DNA from: an uncultured Granulicella sp.
GTDB lineage: Bacteria > Acidobacteriota > Terriglobia > Terriglobales > Acidobacteriaceae
Direction: 5' to 3'
Assembly (NCBI GenBank): GCA_937871785.1
Contig: CALMON010000012.1
Span: forward strand, 1 to 61,471
DNA: 61,471 nt
The translations under genes were made by a program, and so were the position numbers. Of the stretch, positions 39,456 through 49,725 are shown piece by piece. The stretch's first letter is position 1. Every line of letters begins with the position of its first letter. The notes beneath the pieces were generated by a model. It saw nothing but the letters and a program-made list of their open reading frames with translations, was not told the origin of the DNA and did not search any database.

Positions 39456-40241
39456 TCATTCTTTCCTTGCGGGTCGTCGCCCTGCGTGATCCAGAAAATC
39501 AGTTGGGGTCAACTTCGTTACTTGGCGAAAGGCGAAGCTGAATGCAGCCGTGCTGGCAAAACCGGCACGTGAGGCTACCTGTGAAATCCCGTTCCCCATA
39601 GAGAGCTGTTGTATGGTCAGTACGATCCGCGCTCTCTGTCGCCATGCTTTGTAGGTGAGGCCCGTTTCGCGTGGAAAGAGACGGCTGATCGTCCTGACGG
39701 AACTGGCCGCCTGGCGAGCAAGTTCCGCAATACTGAGTAAGCTGCGAGGATCGGCTAACACCAGGTCGGCAACGTGCTTTCCGATTTCGCTTGCCGGCAG
39801 GGGTAGAAAGGTCGGTGCATCCGGCGTCTCGGTCAGCTCATGGAGGACCAGCTTGACGATGAGTTCTTTCTTCTCCGGAGTTATCCCTTCAGCGAAGGCC
39901 GCGAAGATCAACTCACGCAGGAGCGGGGTCACATCCAGCGCGAACGCACGATGGAGAGACTGTGCAGGTGCCCATCTCCGGGATGCCGTGGGCAGCCAGT
40001 AGATCATCCATTGCTCGGTATCGGAAAGCATCTCGATTCGGTGCGGTTCCCCGGCGGGAACCCAGACGGCAAGCTGTGGCGGAACGAGCCAGCGGCCGGA
40101 CGACGTGTACACCTGCATTGTGCCGGAAGCAGCGAAGATCAATTGCGCCTCGCCATGCGTATGCAGGGCGGTACCGGTTCCCCGCGGCTTCGTACCGCGA
40201 AGCGTCCGACAGAGCGGGCCTGAAATCGTTTGGCGTTTCAT
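39456..40241 (-). CDS. AraC-family regulator (cupin + HTH)
   Basis: HTHGEAQLIFA, WLVPPQLAVWVP, RTISRLF..ETGLTYKAWRQRAR, GFASTAAFSFAFRQ. Confidence 0.93.
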   Translation of the reverse strand: MKRQTISGPLCRTLRGTKPRGTGTALHTHGEAQLIFAASGTMQVYTSSGRWLVPPQLAVWVPAGEPHRIEMLSDTEQWMIYWLPTASRRWAPAQSLHRAFALDVTPLLRELIFAAFAEGITPEKKELIVKLVLHELTETPDAPTFLPLPASEIGKHVADLVLADPRSLLSIAELARQAASSVRTISRLFPRETGLTYKAWRQRARIVLTIQQLSMGNGISQVASRAGFASTAAFSFAFRQVTKLTPTDFLDHAGRRPARKE

Positions 40242-40324
40242 CGATACCCTTTGGCGACACATCGTAAAGATATCGCACTAGAGTTGGACCTGTTCGTAGG
40301 AAGTCGAAAAGAAAGAAGTCAGCC

Positions 40325-41077
40325 ATGAAGATGACCGGCAACACGATCCTCGTTACAGGTGGTACCAGCGGCATCGGACGCGCTCTGGCGGAAGCTCTCC
40401 ACGATCGCGGCAATCGCGTGATCGTAGCGGGACGGCGGCAGGAGCTGCTCGACCAAGTCACAGCAGGCCGGCAAGGCATGGTCGGCATACGGCTTGACCT
40501 GGGAAATCCAGACTCGTTGCCGCGCCTGGCTGACGAGATGCGCTTGCGGTTTCCTGAACTGAATGTTCTCGTGGCCAATGCCGGTGTGTCCAGCCAGGAA
40601 GATTTGTTGGGCGAGTGGGACTTGGCGGTCGCGGAGACGATGATCGAAACGAATATTCTCGGCATCCTTCGCGTCACGGCGGCTCTGCTGCCGGATTTGA
40701 AACGACAGCAGGATGCGGTCGTTATGGCCACGACCTCAAACCTCGCCTTTGTGCCGAAGGCCTGCTACCCGACCTATTGCGCCACCAAGGCTTTCCTGCA
40801 TTCCTGGCTGCAATCGCTGCGGTACCAGATGCGCAACGTTCCCGTCGAGGTACTGGAGCTGGCGCCGCCCTATGTGCAGACCGAGTTGACCGGCCAGCAT
40901 CAAGCCTCCGATCCGCGAGGCATGTCCGTAAGTGCGTACGTCGCAGAGGTGATGCATCTGCTTGAAACGCACGACCATCCTGCGGGTGAGGTCCTGGTCG
41001 AACGTGCCCGGGGCGAGCGTGTTGCCGAGCGGAATGGCCGGTATGAGGCCGTCTTCAACGCGATCAACCCAGCCTGA
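40325..41077 (+). CDS. short-chain dehydrogenase/reductase (DltE-like)
   Basis: TGGTSGIG, NAG, YCATK, ELAPPYVQTEL. Confidence 0.93.
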   Translation: MKMTGNTILVTGGTSGIGRALAEALHDRGNRVIVAGRRQELLDQVTAGRQGMVGIRLDLGNPDSLPRLADEMRLRFPELNVLVANAGVSSQEDLLGEWDLAVAETMIETNILGILRVTAALLPDLKRQQDAVVMATTSNLAFVPKACYPTYCATKAFLHSWLQSLRYQMRNVPVEVLELAPPYVQTELTGQHQASDPRGMSVSAYVAEVMHLLETHDHPAGEVLVERARGERVAERNGRYEAVFNAINPA

Positions 41078-41162
41078 CACAACTCCCTGCAGCCGCTCCA
41101 TGTACGGTCCATACGCACACGCGTGCGCGATGAGCCCACTCACGCCAGGAAAGGTTCCGTCC

Positions 41163-42398
41163 ATGTCCTCTGCAACTTCAAACCTCCCGGTGCGCAGCGA
41201 CGTGGAACTTCACCGCGTCGTATGGCTTACGCTGGCACTGTTTCTTTCCTATCTTTGCGTGGCTATGTCGTTGCCGGTGATTACGGTCTTCGTCACAACG
41301 CAACTGCAATTCGGGAACGCGTTTGCGGGGCTTGCCGTCGGCATCGCGTTCGCCTCCACGATTTTGACGCGCGGCCTGGCCGGTCGCATGGCGGACCATC
41401 ACGGGAGCAAATCCTGCATGGTGCGAGGGCTTTGGGTGTACGCCCTTGCGGCGCTCGTTTGCGGCACTTCAAGCTGGCGAAGCCTGCCTGCGCCCGCAGC
41501 CTACGGCGTGCTGATCGCCGGCCGCTTGCTGCTGGGCATCGGCGAGAGCTATACGGTTGTCGGTCTGATGGCCTGGTGTTTCGGCGTGATGCCGCAACGA
41601 TCGGGGCGGGTGTTCGGGCTCGTGGGAATGGGCCTTTACGGCGCAATCGCGGTCGGTAGCCCTGCCGGCGTCGCTCTGTTCAATCGGTCTGGCTTCGCAG
41701 GCTTGATGTGTGCCTGCGCTCTTGTTCCGCTGGTCGGACTGGCGATGATCATCCCGGTCACAGCCGTACCGGTTCACGCTGGGGAGCGTGCGCCCTTTCG
41801 GCGAATCATCGCATTGATCTGGCAGCCGGGTCTTGCGCTTGGACTCGCAGGCGTCGGTTCGGCGGCCATCGGCGCGTTTATGCCGCTCTTCTTCCTGCAC
41901 CGGGGCTGGTCCCACACCGGACTTGGCCTCACCTGCTTTGGCGGTGCGTTCGTGCTCGTGCGCATCTTCTTCGGCCACCTGCCCGACCGCGTCGGCAGCA
42001 TCCCCGTAGCGCTCGCGTCGATGGTTGCGGCAGCCGCAGGACAGTACATGCTCTGGACCGCACCGAACCCCTCGATGGCTCTCGCCGGTGCTTTCCTCAC
42101 CGGGATTGGTTGTTCCCTGATGTTTCCGGCCATGGGCATCGAAGTTGTTCAGCGCGTGCCCCCGCATCTGCGTGGCTCCGCAGCTGGAGGCCTGGCGGCT
42201 TTCCAGGATCTTGCCTTTGGCGTAACTGGACCGCTAGCAGGTCTTCTGGCCGATCGTTTCGGCTACGGCGTCGTCTTTCTTTTCGGCGGAGTAGCCGCAA
42301 GCTTCGGTGTGGCGCTGATCATAGCCATCGCGCGAAAAGCATACTCGTACAAGCGATCTCGGCGCACCTCTCGGGGTCGAACAGCTTTTCTCCCGTGA
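41163..42398 (+). CDS. MFS transporter (YhhS/YfcJ-like)
   Basis: GRMADHHGSK, GRLLLGIGES, GHLPDRVG, FPAMGIEVV..VPPHLRG. Confidence 0.9.
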   Translation: MSSATSNLPVRSDVELHRVVWLTLALFLSYLCVAMSLPVITVFVTTQLQFGNAFAGLAVGIAFASTILTRGLAGRMADHHGSKSCMVRGLWVYALAALVCGTSSWRSLPAPAAYGVLIAGRLLLGIGESYTVVGLMAWCFGVMPQRSGRVFGLVGMGLYGAIAVGSPAGVALFNRSGFAGLMCACALVPLVGLAMIIPVTAVPVHAGERAPFRRIIALIWQPGLALGLAGVGSAAIGAFMPLFFLHRGWSHTGLGLTCFGGAFVLVRIFFGHLPDRVGSIPVALASMVAAAAGQYMLWTAPNPSMALAGAFLTGIGCSLMFPAMGIEVVQRVPPHLRGSAAGGLAAFQDLAFGVTGPLAGLLADRFGYGVVFLFGGVAASFGVALIIAIARKAYSYKRSRRTSRGRTAFLP

Positions 42399-42739
42399 GC
42401 CGCCTGCGGGTCTGTCTTAGCCGTACGCGCGACAGCTTGATATAGTCAGGAACGTTTCGTTGCGTCGTGTGTCGGCGAGCGGTGTCGTACATGGAACCTA
42501 AGCTCGTCGTGACTTCCCAAAACGCTCGATCGGTCAGCTTGGCACCTTCGATCCGAGTGGACGACCCGATGCTCTTGACGGTTTGCGACATGCCGCAGGG
42601 GCCTTCAGCCGTTCCGGCGCAATGGTGCTCAGGGCCCTTTCGGCCTGCACATCGACATGGACAAGCCTGATGAGGATCAGTATTCTTGAACTTGTTTGCA
42701 GCTCAATTCTGCCGCCTGGCGTTGCGATTGAGGAAGGTC

Positions 42740-43456
42740 ATGGGACAAGTATCGATCGATGTTATGGTGCCCGGACGCCGTGAGGCAAACAAGCGTGACA
42801 AACTTGTTCGTATTCGTCGCGCAGCGAGAAAAGTGTTTCTTTCAAAGGGCTTTGAAGTGGCTACCGTTCGTGAGGTGGCTGCCGCTGCCGATGTGGCTTT
42901 CGGAACAGTCTTTCTGTACGCCAAAGACAAACAGGATTTGCTCTTCCTGCTATTCGAAGACGATCTTACCGATCTGAGCGAGCTGGCGTTTGACAAGGTC
43001 GACGGAGCTGTCCCGTTCGTCGACCAACTGGTCACCTACTTTGCCGAGTTTTACCTCTTCTTCACACAAACCCCGCAACTTTCTCGCGATATGCTGCGTG
43101 AAATCACCTTTCATTCCGGTCTCGTGGCTACGCGATTATGGGCGGGGGTGCAAAGCCAGGAGCGGCATATTGCTGAACTGATTGCCCATGCGCAGGAGAA
43201 AAGCCTCGTCAACCCGGACTTCGATCCCGACGTTCTGGCCCACATCATCTTCAGTCTGCACCGCACGCAGCTGCGCTTCTGCCTTGATGAAGCGGAGCCG
43301 GATGTGACCCTGAGCCTGGACAAGCTGAGGCAGCAGTTCGAGGTGGTGTTTTCGCCGGCCAAGCAGAGCAGGGTGTCAAAGTTACGCGCCGATGCCACCG
43401 GTGAACCCACGGCGCCAGCGCGGCACCTCGCGCAACGCGTTCGCCTTCGCGCATAA
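42740..43456 (+). CDS. TetR-family regulator
   Basis: GRREANKRDKLVRIRRAARKVF...ATVREVAAAADVAFGTVFLYAKDKQDL. Confidence 0.92.
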   Translation: MGQVSIDVMVPGRREANKRDKLVRIRRAARKVFLSKGFEVATVREVAAAADVAFGTVFLYAKDKQDLLFLLFEDDLTDLSELAFDKVDGAVPFVDQLVTYFAEFYLFFTQTPQLSRDMLREITFHSGLVATRLWAGVQSQERHIAELIAHAQEKSLVNPDFDPDVLAHIIFSLHRTQLRFCLDEAEPDVTLSLDKLRQQFEVVFSPAKQSRVSKLRADATGEPTAPARHLAQRVRLRA

Positions 43457-43613
43457 GGGGCATGCAGCCGGTGCTGCTCCTTGTTGTCGACGCAGTGCTC
43501 TAGACCCTTTTACCTGCCGGTGCAAGCCGGCGCCACAACCTCGATGGCCGTTTTCCCGAAGAAAAACGCGACGGCACGTCACTTTCGGGACACCCGTTAA
43601 CAGGTGAAGTGGT

Positions 43614-44555
43614 CTAACGAACGACTTCCTGCGTCATCTCGCCAACACCCTCGATCTGTAAACGCAGCGTTTCACCGGCACACAGGAACCGATCCCGTTC
43701 CATCCCGGTACCCGCAGGCGTTCCGGTAAACACAAGATCGCCGGGCCAAAGCGTAACGCGCGAGGATAGGTACGCGATTTGCTCAGCCACGCTGAACACC
43801 ATTTGTTCGGTAGACGAATTCTGCATCAGTTGACCGTCGATCCAGAGCTTCAGCGCCAGGTGTTGCGGGTCGGGAACGTCGCTGGCAAGCGTAAGCCAGG
43901 GGCCCGTGGTGCAGCTCTTGTCGAAGCCTTTCATGGCAATGAAGTCGGACCGAAACAGAGATTGAAGGGGAACGTTCGGGATCTTCAGATAGCGCATGTC
44001 GCGGACGGACACGTCGTTGCCCACCATGTAACCCGCCACACAATTCAAAGCGTTCTCCGCCGAAACCTGGCGCGCCGGCCGGCCGATCACGGCGACCAGT
44101 TCAATTTCCCAATCGATGTTTTCGCCGAACCATGGCAGCTTTACCGGCTCATGCGGACCGGCGATGCACGTTTGCGCGGGAACCGTGAAGTGGTACGGTT
44201 TGATGTCGAGCTCGCGCGGGTCCGGCTCATCCGGCTGGTTCAGCCGCACGGCCATGCCATGCATGTGATCGCGGTAATTGGCGGCCGCGCAGTACACGGC
44301 GCCGGGGTACAACACGGGAGCCCCAAGGTGCTCGGCTGACACGGCGGTAAGCTGCTCATGAACACGCTGCGCCAGGCGCTCCGCGAGAAGAGGTTCAACC
44401 TCCTCCCAGTGCTGGAGAAGCGAAAGAGTTGAGCTGCAGTCGGCGCGCCCCGTGAACTGCTCCGCGTCGAAAACCTTCTCCCCGATCCTGACGCCCCCGC
44501 GGTACGTGCCTGCGGCATCCTTGTAGGTTAGTAGTTGCACTATGGTGTCCCTCAT
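43614..44555 (-). CDS. fumarylacetoacetate hydrolase family protein
   Basis: AANYRDH, IDWEIEL, GNDVSVRD, KGFD, PGDLVFTGTPAG. Confidence 0.93.
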   Translation of the reverse strand: MRDTIVQLLTYKDAAGTYRGGVRIGEKVFDAEQFTGRADCSSTLSLLQHWEEVEPLLAERLAQRVHEQLTAVSAEHLGAPVLYPGAVYCAAANYRDHMHGMAVRLNQPDEPDPRELDIKPYHFTVPAQTCIAGPHEPVKLPWFGENIDWEIELVAVIGRPARQVSAENALNCVAGYMVGNDVSVRDMRYLKIPNVPLQSLFRSDFIAMKGFDKSCTTGPWLTLASDVPDPQHLALKLWIDGQLMQNSSTEQMVFSVAEQIAYLSSRVTLWPGDLVFTGTPAGTGMERDRFLCAGETLRLQIEGVGEMTQEVVR

Positions 44556-44585
44556 CGTGATCTGCAGAATGTAGCGGAAAGAAAG

Positions 44586-46253
44586 CTAGTTGGAGCGAGT
44601 GTTGCCGGTCACCGCGGCGATCAGCGCATCGGAGTCGGCAGGAGCGGTATCGCCGCGCCAGCACACGATCTGGTCGGGTCGGACGAGGACAAGGTCCGCC
44701 TGATAGAGTCCTCGCAGATTTTCCGTTTCAAGAGACAGCAGCGTAAGAGGCACCCCGGCCTTGCGCGCCGCTTCCAGGATCGGGTCAGGATGGGCGGAAG
44801 GCCCGAGCTGGAGCAGGGTGAACTCGAAGTTGAGAGCGTCATATAACGATCGCCCATCGGCAAGCCAGGCGTGCGGTGCCCTGCCGCCAGGACACGCCGA
44901 CGGCTCATACACATTGGCGCTGTCGGGTGGCGGCTGGGTGCCGTCCGGCACGATGAGCGGCGAGCCGTCGTAGCGCGCGCCAAGAGTGACTCCCGGAATG
45001 TTGAATTCGGCGCGAGCGTGATTCAGCAGGTACTCGCCGGCAAAGCGTCGGGCTTCTTCGCCGGCTTCGGAGTCTTCTTCAATAGCCGGAGGCACTGTGA
45101 ATCGGCCGATCGATTCCGCAAAGCCCCGCGCGTAGTTGGTGTTGCGCAGCGCGACCGGTTTGCGCTCCTGCTCATAGCTGTCCAGCAAAGCCGGCCCTCC
45201 CCAGCCGTTTACCGTGCCAGCCAGCTTCCAGCCCAGGTTGACGGCATCTTCCACAGCCGTGTTGTAACCGAGCCCTCCCGTGGGAGTGAACAGATGAACG
45301 GAGTCGCCCCCGAGAAAGACGCGGCCCTGCTGAAACCGCTCCGCGACGAGCATCAACCCGGCCGTCCACGGCGAACGGGCAAGAATTTCGAGCGCGAACG
45401 GTTTGCCCACGGCGGAATAAAGCAGACGCTTGATGACCTCGTCCGAAAGCGTGGCCGGATCTTCCCCCGGACGGAGCTGGGTCATATATACGAACCCGCC
45501 TTTGCCATCGACCGCCAGCATCATTCCGCGGCGTTCCATATTGATCGCCCAATACTGCCAGGCGCGTGGGTGCGGAATCATGTCGTAGACTTCGGCCGAA
45601 CGAAAATAGGTCGAATACATCTGACCAGCCAGAAACGGCCGATCCGTATTGCGTTCGCCAACATAGCTGATATCGAGTTGCTTGCGAATGACACTGCGCG
45701 CGCCTTCAGCGCCGACCAGGTACTTCGCCCGGCGCTTTTCGACGGAGCCGCTCGGCGTGACCACATCGACCTCAACATGATCCGCATGCTCGATAAAGCT
45801 GTGTACCCGCGAACTGAAGTGCAGGACCACCGAGCGCAGTTGCTCCGCTTCGTCGCGCAGGATTCGCTCGATGTACATCTGCGCGCAGCGGTGGGGTAGT
45901 TCCGCGACACTCCACGACCCCGACAAGCTGCGCGCCTGCTTCTGCGCCTCGGCGGACCCGGGGAGCCGAAAGCGGCTGAGCTCCCGGCCCAGGAAGCGCG
46001 TGAAGTAGGCGACGTCGGTCGGGTAGTCCGGCGGCAGCCCGGCGGCGCGCACCCGCTTGACGAAGCCGAGGCGGCGGTAGTGCTCCATCGTACGAGCCTG
46101 GCTGGCTCCCGCCGCCGGGTGCGGGGTCGTTCCGGCTTTATCGTTGAACAAAGCCGTGCGGATACCCCGGCGTCCCAGTTCGATGGCGAGGACCAGCCCG
46201 CAAGGGCCGCCCCCTGCAATCAAAACATCTGCATCAAGCTCGTTCGCCGTCAT
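44586..46253 (-). CDS. single-component FAD-dependent aromatic monooxygenase (group A)
   Basis: GGGPCG, ARTMEHYRRLG, VGAEGARS, GDSVHLFTPTGGLGYNT, LVRPDQIVCWR. Confidence 0.93.
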   Translation of the reverse strand: MTANELDADVLIAGGGPCGLVLAIELGRRGIRTALFNDKAGTTPHPAAGASQARTMEHYRRLGFVKRVRAAGLPPDYPTDVAYFTRFLGRELSRFRLPGSAEAQKQARSLSGSWSVAELPHRCAQMYIERILRDEAEQLRSVVLHFSSRVHSFIEHADHVEVDVVTPSGSVEKRRAKYLVGAEGARSVIRKQLDISYVGERNTDRPFLAGQMYSTYFRSAEVYDMIPHPRAWQYWAINMERRGMMLAVDGKGGFVYMTQLRPGEDPATLSDEVIKRLLYSAVGKPFALEILARSPWTAGLMLVAERFQQGRVFLGGDSVHLFTPTGGLGYNTAVEDAVNLGWKLAGTVNGWGGPALLDSYEQERKPVALRNTNYARGFAESIGRFTVPPAIEEDSEAGEEARRFAGEYLLNHARAEFNIPGVTLGARYDGSPLIVPDGTQPPPDSANVYEPSACPGGRAPHAWLADGRSLYDALNFEFTLLQLGPSAHPDPILEAARKAGVPLTLLSLETENLRGLYQADLVLVRPDQIVCWRGDTAPADSDALIAAVTGNTRSN

Positions 46254-46318
46254 CGTTTCCTGTCCCTTTGGTGTTCCTGCAAGTCATGCGCACGCCGCTC
46301 TGCTTACTGGCGGCGGTG

Positions 46319-47359
46319 TTACTTGAGGTAGCCCATCTTCGTCCAGAACTCTTTCGCGGCAGGATGAAAGGGCAGGTCGATCGGGGTGTCGGGAGCGTTG
46401 ACGACCATTCTTTCCAGCGGCATCGGCTTCTGCTTGACCGGTCCCCACGTCCACGGAATCGAGTCTTTCCGCGCCTCAAGCGCTTCGCAAAACTTCCGGA
46501 TCAGCAGGTCGGAGGTATCGACTCGGGTGAACACAGGCCAGCCGCTGAAGTCGATCGTCGCCACATCCGCCGGCAGCTTGGTCAGGCGAGACTTCTCGAG
46601 CGTGCCGCGCTTGAAGCCCTCGCGTTCGAGCTGTACCAGGTGCTCCTCATCCAGATCCAGCAGGCGCATATCCGCATCCACGGCTTCGTTCGCCCACACT
46701 ACGACGCCTTCTTCGAAGATTGCATCGAGCTCGCCGCTCACTACGCGCTCGATGCGCGATGGCAAACCGGGAAACGAATCCTTGGGCATTGGCTGATCGT
46801 ACGAAACCGATCCTCCCCAGGAGAGGATGTCTTCATAGCTGAACCCGTGAACCTGCAACACTTTGTTGACGAGCAGCGTCGTGCACGCGTCCAGCGACCC
46901 GCGCACGGAAAGCTTAAGCGGATAGCGCTTTTCGCGGATGTCGCTTAACGACGTCAACCCGGAGGCCTTGCTGACGGCAAATCCCATCTGATCGTAGTGC
47001 GGCAGCACAGTGATGAGCGCCACCTGCATCGACTCCGAGAACAGGCCCACGCCGCGATCCGCCATCGACAAGATCACTCCGGGGTTCATGATCGCGATAT
47101 CGAGCTTGCGTTCAAACACATCCCGCAACGAGTTCGGATTGTTCGCGCCGAAGATACGGAAGGCGCCGATCTCGTCTCCCTGGCTGATCAGGTCGATAGT
47201 GGCTACACGGTAGGGCCACTCCGCTTCGGTCATCATGTGCGACACGGTTTCGAGCATCAACTTCGACCGGATGCTCATGGGGTCGACCTGGCCGAGTGTC
47301 ATGGAGACTGAGGTGGCCATGCCCTGTTTGGGAGGTGCGACGAAGCTTGTGTCGGACAT
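46319..47359 (-). CDS. TAXI/NMT1-like periplasmic-binding-fold protein without signal peptide
   Basis: LDIAIMNP, GLTSLSDIREKRYPL, GELDAIFEEG, IDLPFHPAAKEFW..GYL (TAXI-type C-terminus); no hydrophobic leader. Confidence 0.65.
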   Translation of the reverse strand: MSDTSFVAPPKQGMATSVSMTLGQVDPMSIRSKLMLETVSHMMTEAEWPYRVATIDLISQGDEIGAFRIFGANNPNSLRDVFERKLDIAIMNPGVILSMADRGVGLFSESMQVALITVLPHYDQMGFAVSKASGLTSLSDIREKRYPLKLSVRGSLDACTTLLVNKVLQVHGFSYEDILSWGGSVSYDQPMPKDSFPGLPSRIERVVSGELDAIFEEGVVVWANEAVDADMRLLDLDEEHLVQLEREGFKRGTLEKSRLTKLPADVATIDFSGWPVFTRVDTSDLLIRKFCEALEARKDSIPWTWGPVKQKPMPLERMVVNAPDTPIDLPFHPAAKEFWTKMGYLK

Positions 47360-47444
47360 AATGTTCCTTTCCGTTGGGTGTTGCTGGGGATGAGGTGGAG
47401 GCGTTCGCACCGGCTGACTTTGTGACCGAGCAAGTCAGGATAAA

Positions 47445-47484
47445 TGATCATGATCACTTTACGGAAACGCCCGTGGGCTGTCAA
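47445..47484 (-). promoter_or_regulatory. internal promoter (TTGACA-17-TAAAGT) with operator TGATCATGATCA
   Basis: -35 at 47479-84 and -10 at 47456-61 on minus strand; perfect 12-bp palindrome at 47445-56. Confidence 0.6.
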
Positions 47485-47511
47485 CTCGTTCGGCAGGCTC
47501 CGCTGGCAGCT

Positions 47512-48570
47512 CTATGCGCTTGAGCGCAGCTTCCTGTTCAACCGCGGCATCAGGGCCAGAGCGTTTCCACGCTCCACCCCGACGAGTTCGGCTTTGGACA
47601 ACCCTATTTTCTGAAGCTGCGCTATGTTCGGAGCCATAGGGCCGATGAACGGCGAATCGGTTCCCAGCAGAACGTGAGACAGGGGCACATACGCCCGGAG
47701 CGAAGCCATCGTTACTGCGTCAGCCGAGCTTGAATTTTCGTAATAGAACTTCGCCACCTCGGCACGAAAGCTTTCCGGCATCATGGCGCGCATGCTTTCC
47801 TGGGTGTCGTCCAGAATCTGCAGTCTGCCCAACGCGCCCATGATGTAGCCGCCATCATGCGAGAAGATGAGGCGCAGATCCGGGTAGCGCGCGGTGGACT
47901 TGGTCAAGATCCATTGCAGGATCGTGCGGGTCGTGTCCATCGGGTATTCGAGCAGAGAAGCGGGAATGTCCGGCACCAGATGGCGGCAGCAGTTTGGTGC
48001 CATGGGATGCACATAGACGACGGCCTTGCGCCGGTTGAGTTCCTCAAATACAGGCTGAAAGAGCGGATCGGCGAGCCACTTGTCTCCATAGCTTGAGAAT
48101 AGGCCGATGCCGTCGGCCTTCAACACATCGAGCGCGTAGGTCAGTTCGGCCAGGCTGCCTTCCACATCGGGCAGCGGCAGCGCGGCGAACAAGCCGAAGC
48201 GCCCGGGGTGATCGGCCATCAGCCGCGCCGTGTATTCGTTGCAGGTGCGTGCCAGCCGGCGGCCCTGCGCTACGTCGCCAAACCAGATGCCGGGGTTCGC
48301 GACCGAGCAAACGACCGTTTCCACCTGGTTGCGATCCATCTCTTCCAAAGCCAGTTGAGGCGTCCATGCTTTGGCTCTGCCGATGACTTCGCGGGCCATG
48401 GTGCTCGAAACCACGTCTTCGCCAATCCAGCCGGGAGCGATGGGATGGTAATGCACATCGATGCGGAAAGGCGCGGTTTGCGCCCGAAGCCAGGGTGCGG
48501 CCGCCAGCAAGGCGCCCGCACTTCCTGTTCCGGCCAGGAATTTTCGCCTTGTTACAGGACGCCACTGCAT
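47512..48570 (-). CDS. amidohydrolase_2 family decarboxylase-like protein with Tat-like signal
   Basis: MQWRPVTRRKFLAG..LRA; IDVHYH, VYVHP, FSHDGG, LGTDSPF. Confidence 0.9.
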   Translation of the reverse strand: MQWRPVTRRKFLAGTGSAGALLAAAPWLRAQTAPFRIDVHYHPIAPGWIGEDVVSSTMAREVIGRAKAWTPQLALEEMDRNQVETVVCSVANPGIWFGDVAQGRRLARTCNEYTARLMADHPGRFGLFAALPLPDVEGSLAELTYALDVLKADGIGLFSSYGDKWLADPLFQPVFEELNRRKAVVYVHPMAPNCCRHLVPDIPASLLEYPMDTTRTILQWILTKSTARYPDLRLIFSHDGGYIMGALGRLQILDDTQESMRAMMPESFRAEVAKFYYENSSSADAVTMASLRAYVPLSHVLLGTDSPFIGPMAPNIAQLQKIGLSKAELVGVERGNALALMPRLNRKLRSSA

Positions 48571-48614
48571 GTGCGAACCTCGTCGTTTACCGCGTTGTAC
48601 TTCGAGTGTGAGGG

Positions 48615-49718
48615 CTACGGAAGGGTCAGCATCAGGGTGTCGACGGTAGTGCCTCCGCCGCACAGCGGCGCGCCGGCGACAAAGTACGCGGCATGGCCGA
48701 TGGTGGCTGCTCCGAAAGCATGGCGAGCCTGCGGCAGATTCTTCAACGGCATCCACGTGTCCGTCTTCGCGTCGTAGGCGGTCACGTCGTCGAAGGCGTT
48801 GGGCGTGAAGGGTTGGCCTCCGGGCTTGCACTCGCCGCCTGCATACAGGATCAAGCCGTCGAGAACGGTGTAGGCCCCCGATGAGCGCGGCCGCGGCAAC
48901 GGTGCGGCTGTCGTCCACTTGTTCGTCTTCGGGTCGAACACATCGTGCCGGTCGAGATTGTCGACCACATCGGCCACGCGTCCTCCGAACAGATGCACCT
49001 TCCCATCCAGCACCGCGATACCCACATGATCCCGCGCCGGACCGGGGAGGGGCACGCCTTCGGTCCACTTCCCGGTCTTCGGGTCGAAAATCTGATGGGT
49101 GGTCACGGTGCCGAAGCCGGCGCTCAGTTCCGGCATGCCCGGAGGAGCGGGCAGCTTGACGATCTTGTCCGAAATGCGGCCACCGAAGACGTGCAGCTTG
49201 CCATCCACCGCCGCCGCGGCCACAGACCCGCGGGGGCTTGAGATGTCGGGCAGCGCGGTCCAGCGATTCGCCTTTGGGTCATAGACGAAGCTCAGGTCCT
49301 TCGGCCCCATGTGCACCACATCCGTAAAGCCGCCGATGGCATACAGCTTGCCATCGAGTGCAGCCACGCCGATGTGGCTAAGGCCAGTGGGTAGCGGAGC
49401 TTCGTCTTTCCAGACATTCGTCTTCGGGTCGTACACCGAGGTCAGGGTGGAGTTCCACACCGGCTTTCCGTTGCCGACCTGCGCTGTTCCCCCAAGTACG
49501 TACACCTTTCCATCGAGCGCTGCGACGCCGATCTCCGCTCTGCCTATGGCAAGGGGAGCCTTGCTGGTCCACGTGCCGCTGCCGGGCGCCTGGGCAAGGC
49601 CTGCCCCCGCGGCCGCGAGAGCCAAGGCCAGGGCGGAGAACGTTAGGGAGAGTCTTCTATGATCGTGCGAACTTCTGTTCAACCTGGTCACGTTGCAAAA
49701 CCTTTCTTGTAGCCGCAA
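48615..49718 (-). CDS. secreted Kelch-repeat beta-propeller protein
   Basis: Repeats of LDGKxYxxGG...YDPKTNxW; signal peptide ending AGLA-Q; start uncertain. Confidence 0.9.
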   Translation of the reverse strand: MRLQERFCNVTRLNRSSHDHRRLSLTFSALALALAAAGAGLAQAPGSGTWTSKAPLAIGRAEIGVAALDGKVYVLGGTAQVGNGKPVWNSTLTSVYDPKTNVWKDEAPLPTGLSHIGVAALDGKLYAIGGFTDVVHMGPKDLSFVYDPKANRWTALPDISSPRGSVAAAAVDGKLHVFGGRISDKIVKLPAPPGMPELSAGFGTVTTHQIFDPKTGKWTEGVPLPGPARDHVGIAVLDGKVHLFGGRVADVVDNLDRHDVFDPKTNKWTTAAPLPRPRSSGAYTVLDGLILYAGGECKPGGQPFTPNAFDDVTAYDAKTDTWMPLKNLPQARHAFGAATIGHAAYFVAGAPLCGGGTTVDTLMLTLP

Positions 49719-49725
49719 CAGCGGG

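Noticed and set aside
47512-49068. 518-aa ORF suggesting a long N-terminal extension on the amidohydrolase
   Set aside because: The extension overlaps the Kelch gene in another frame; the real start is MQWRPVTRRKFL at 48570
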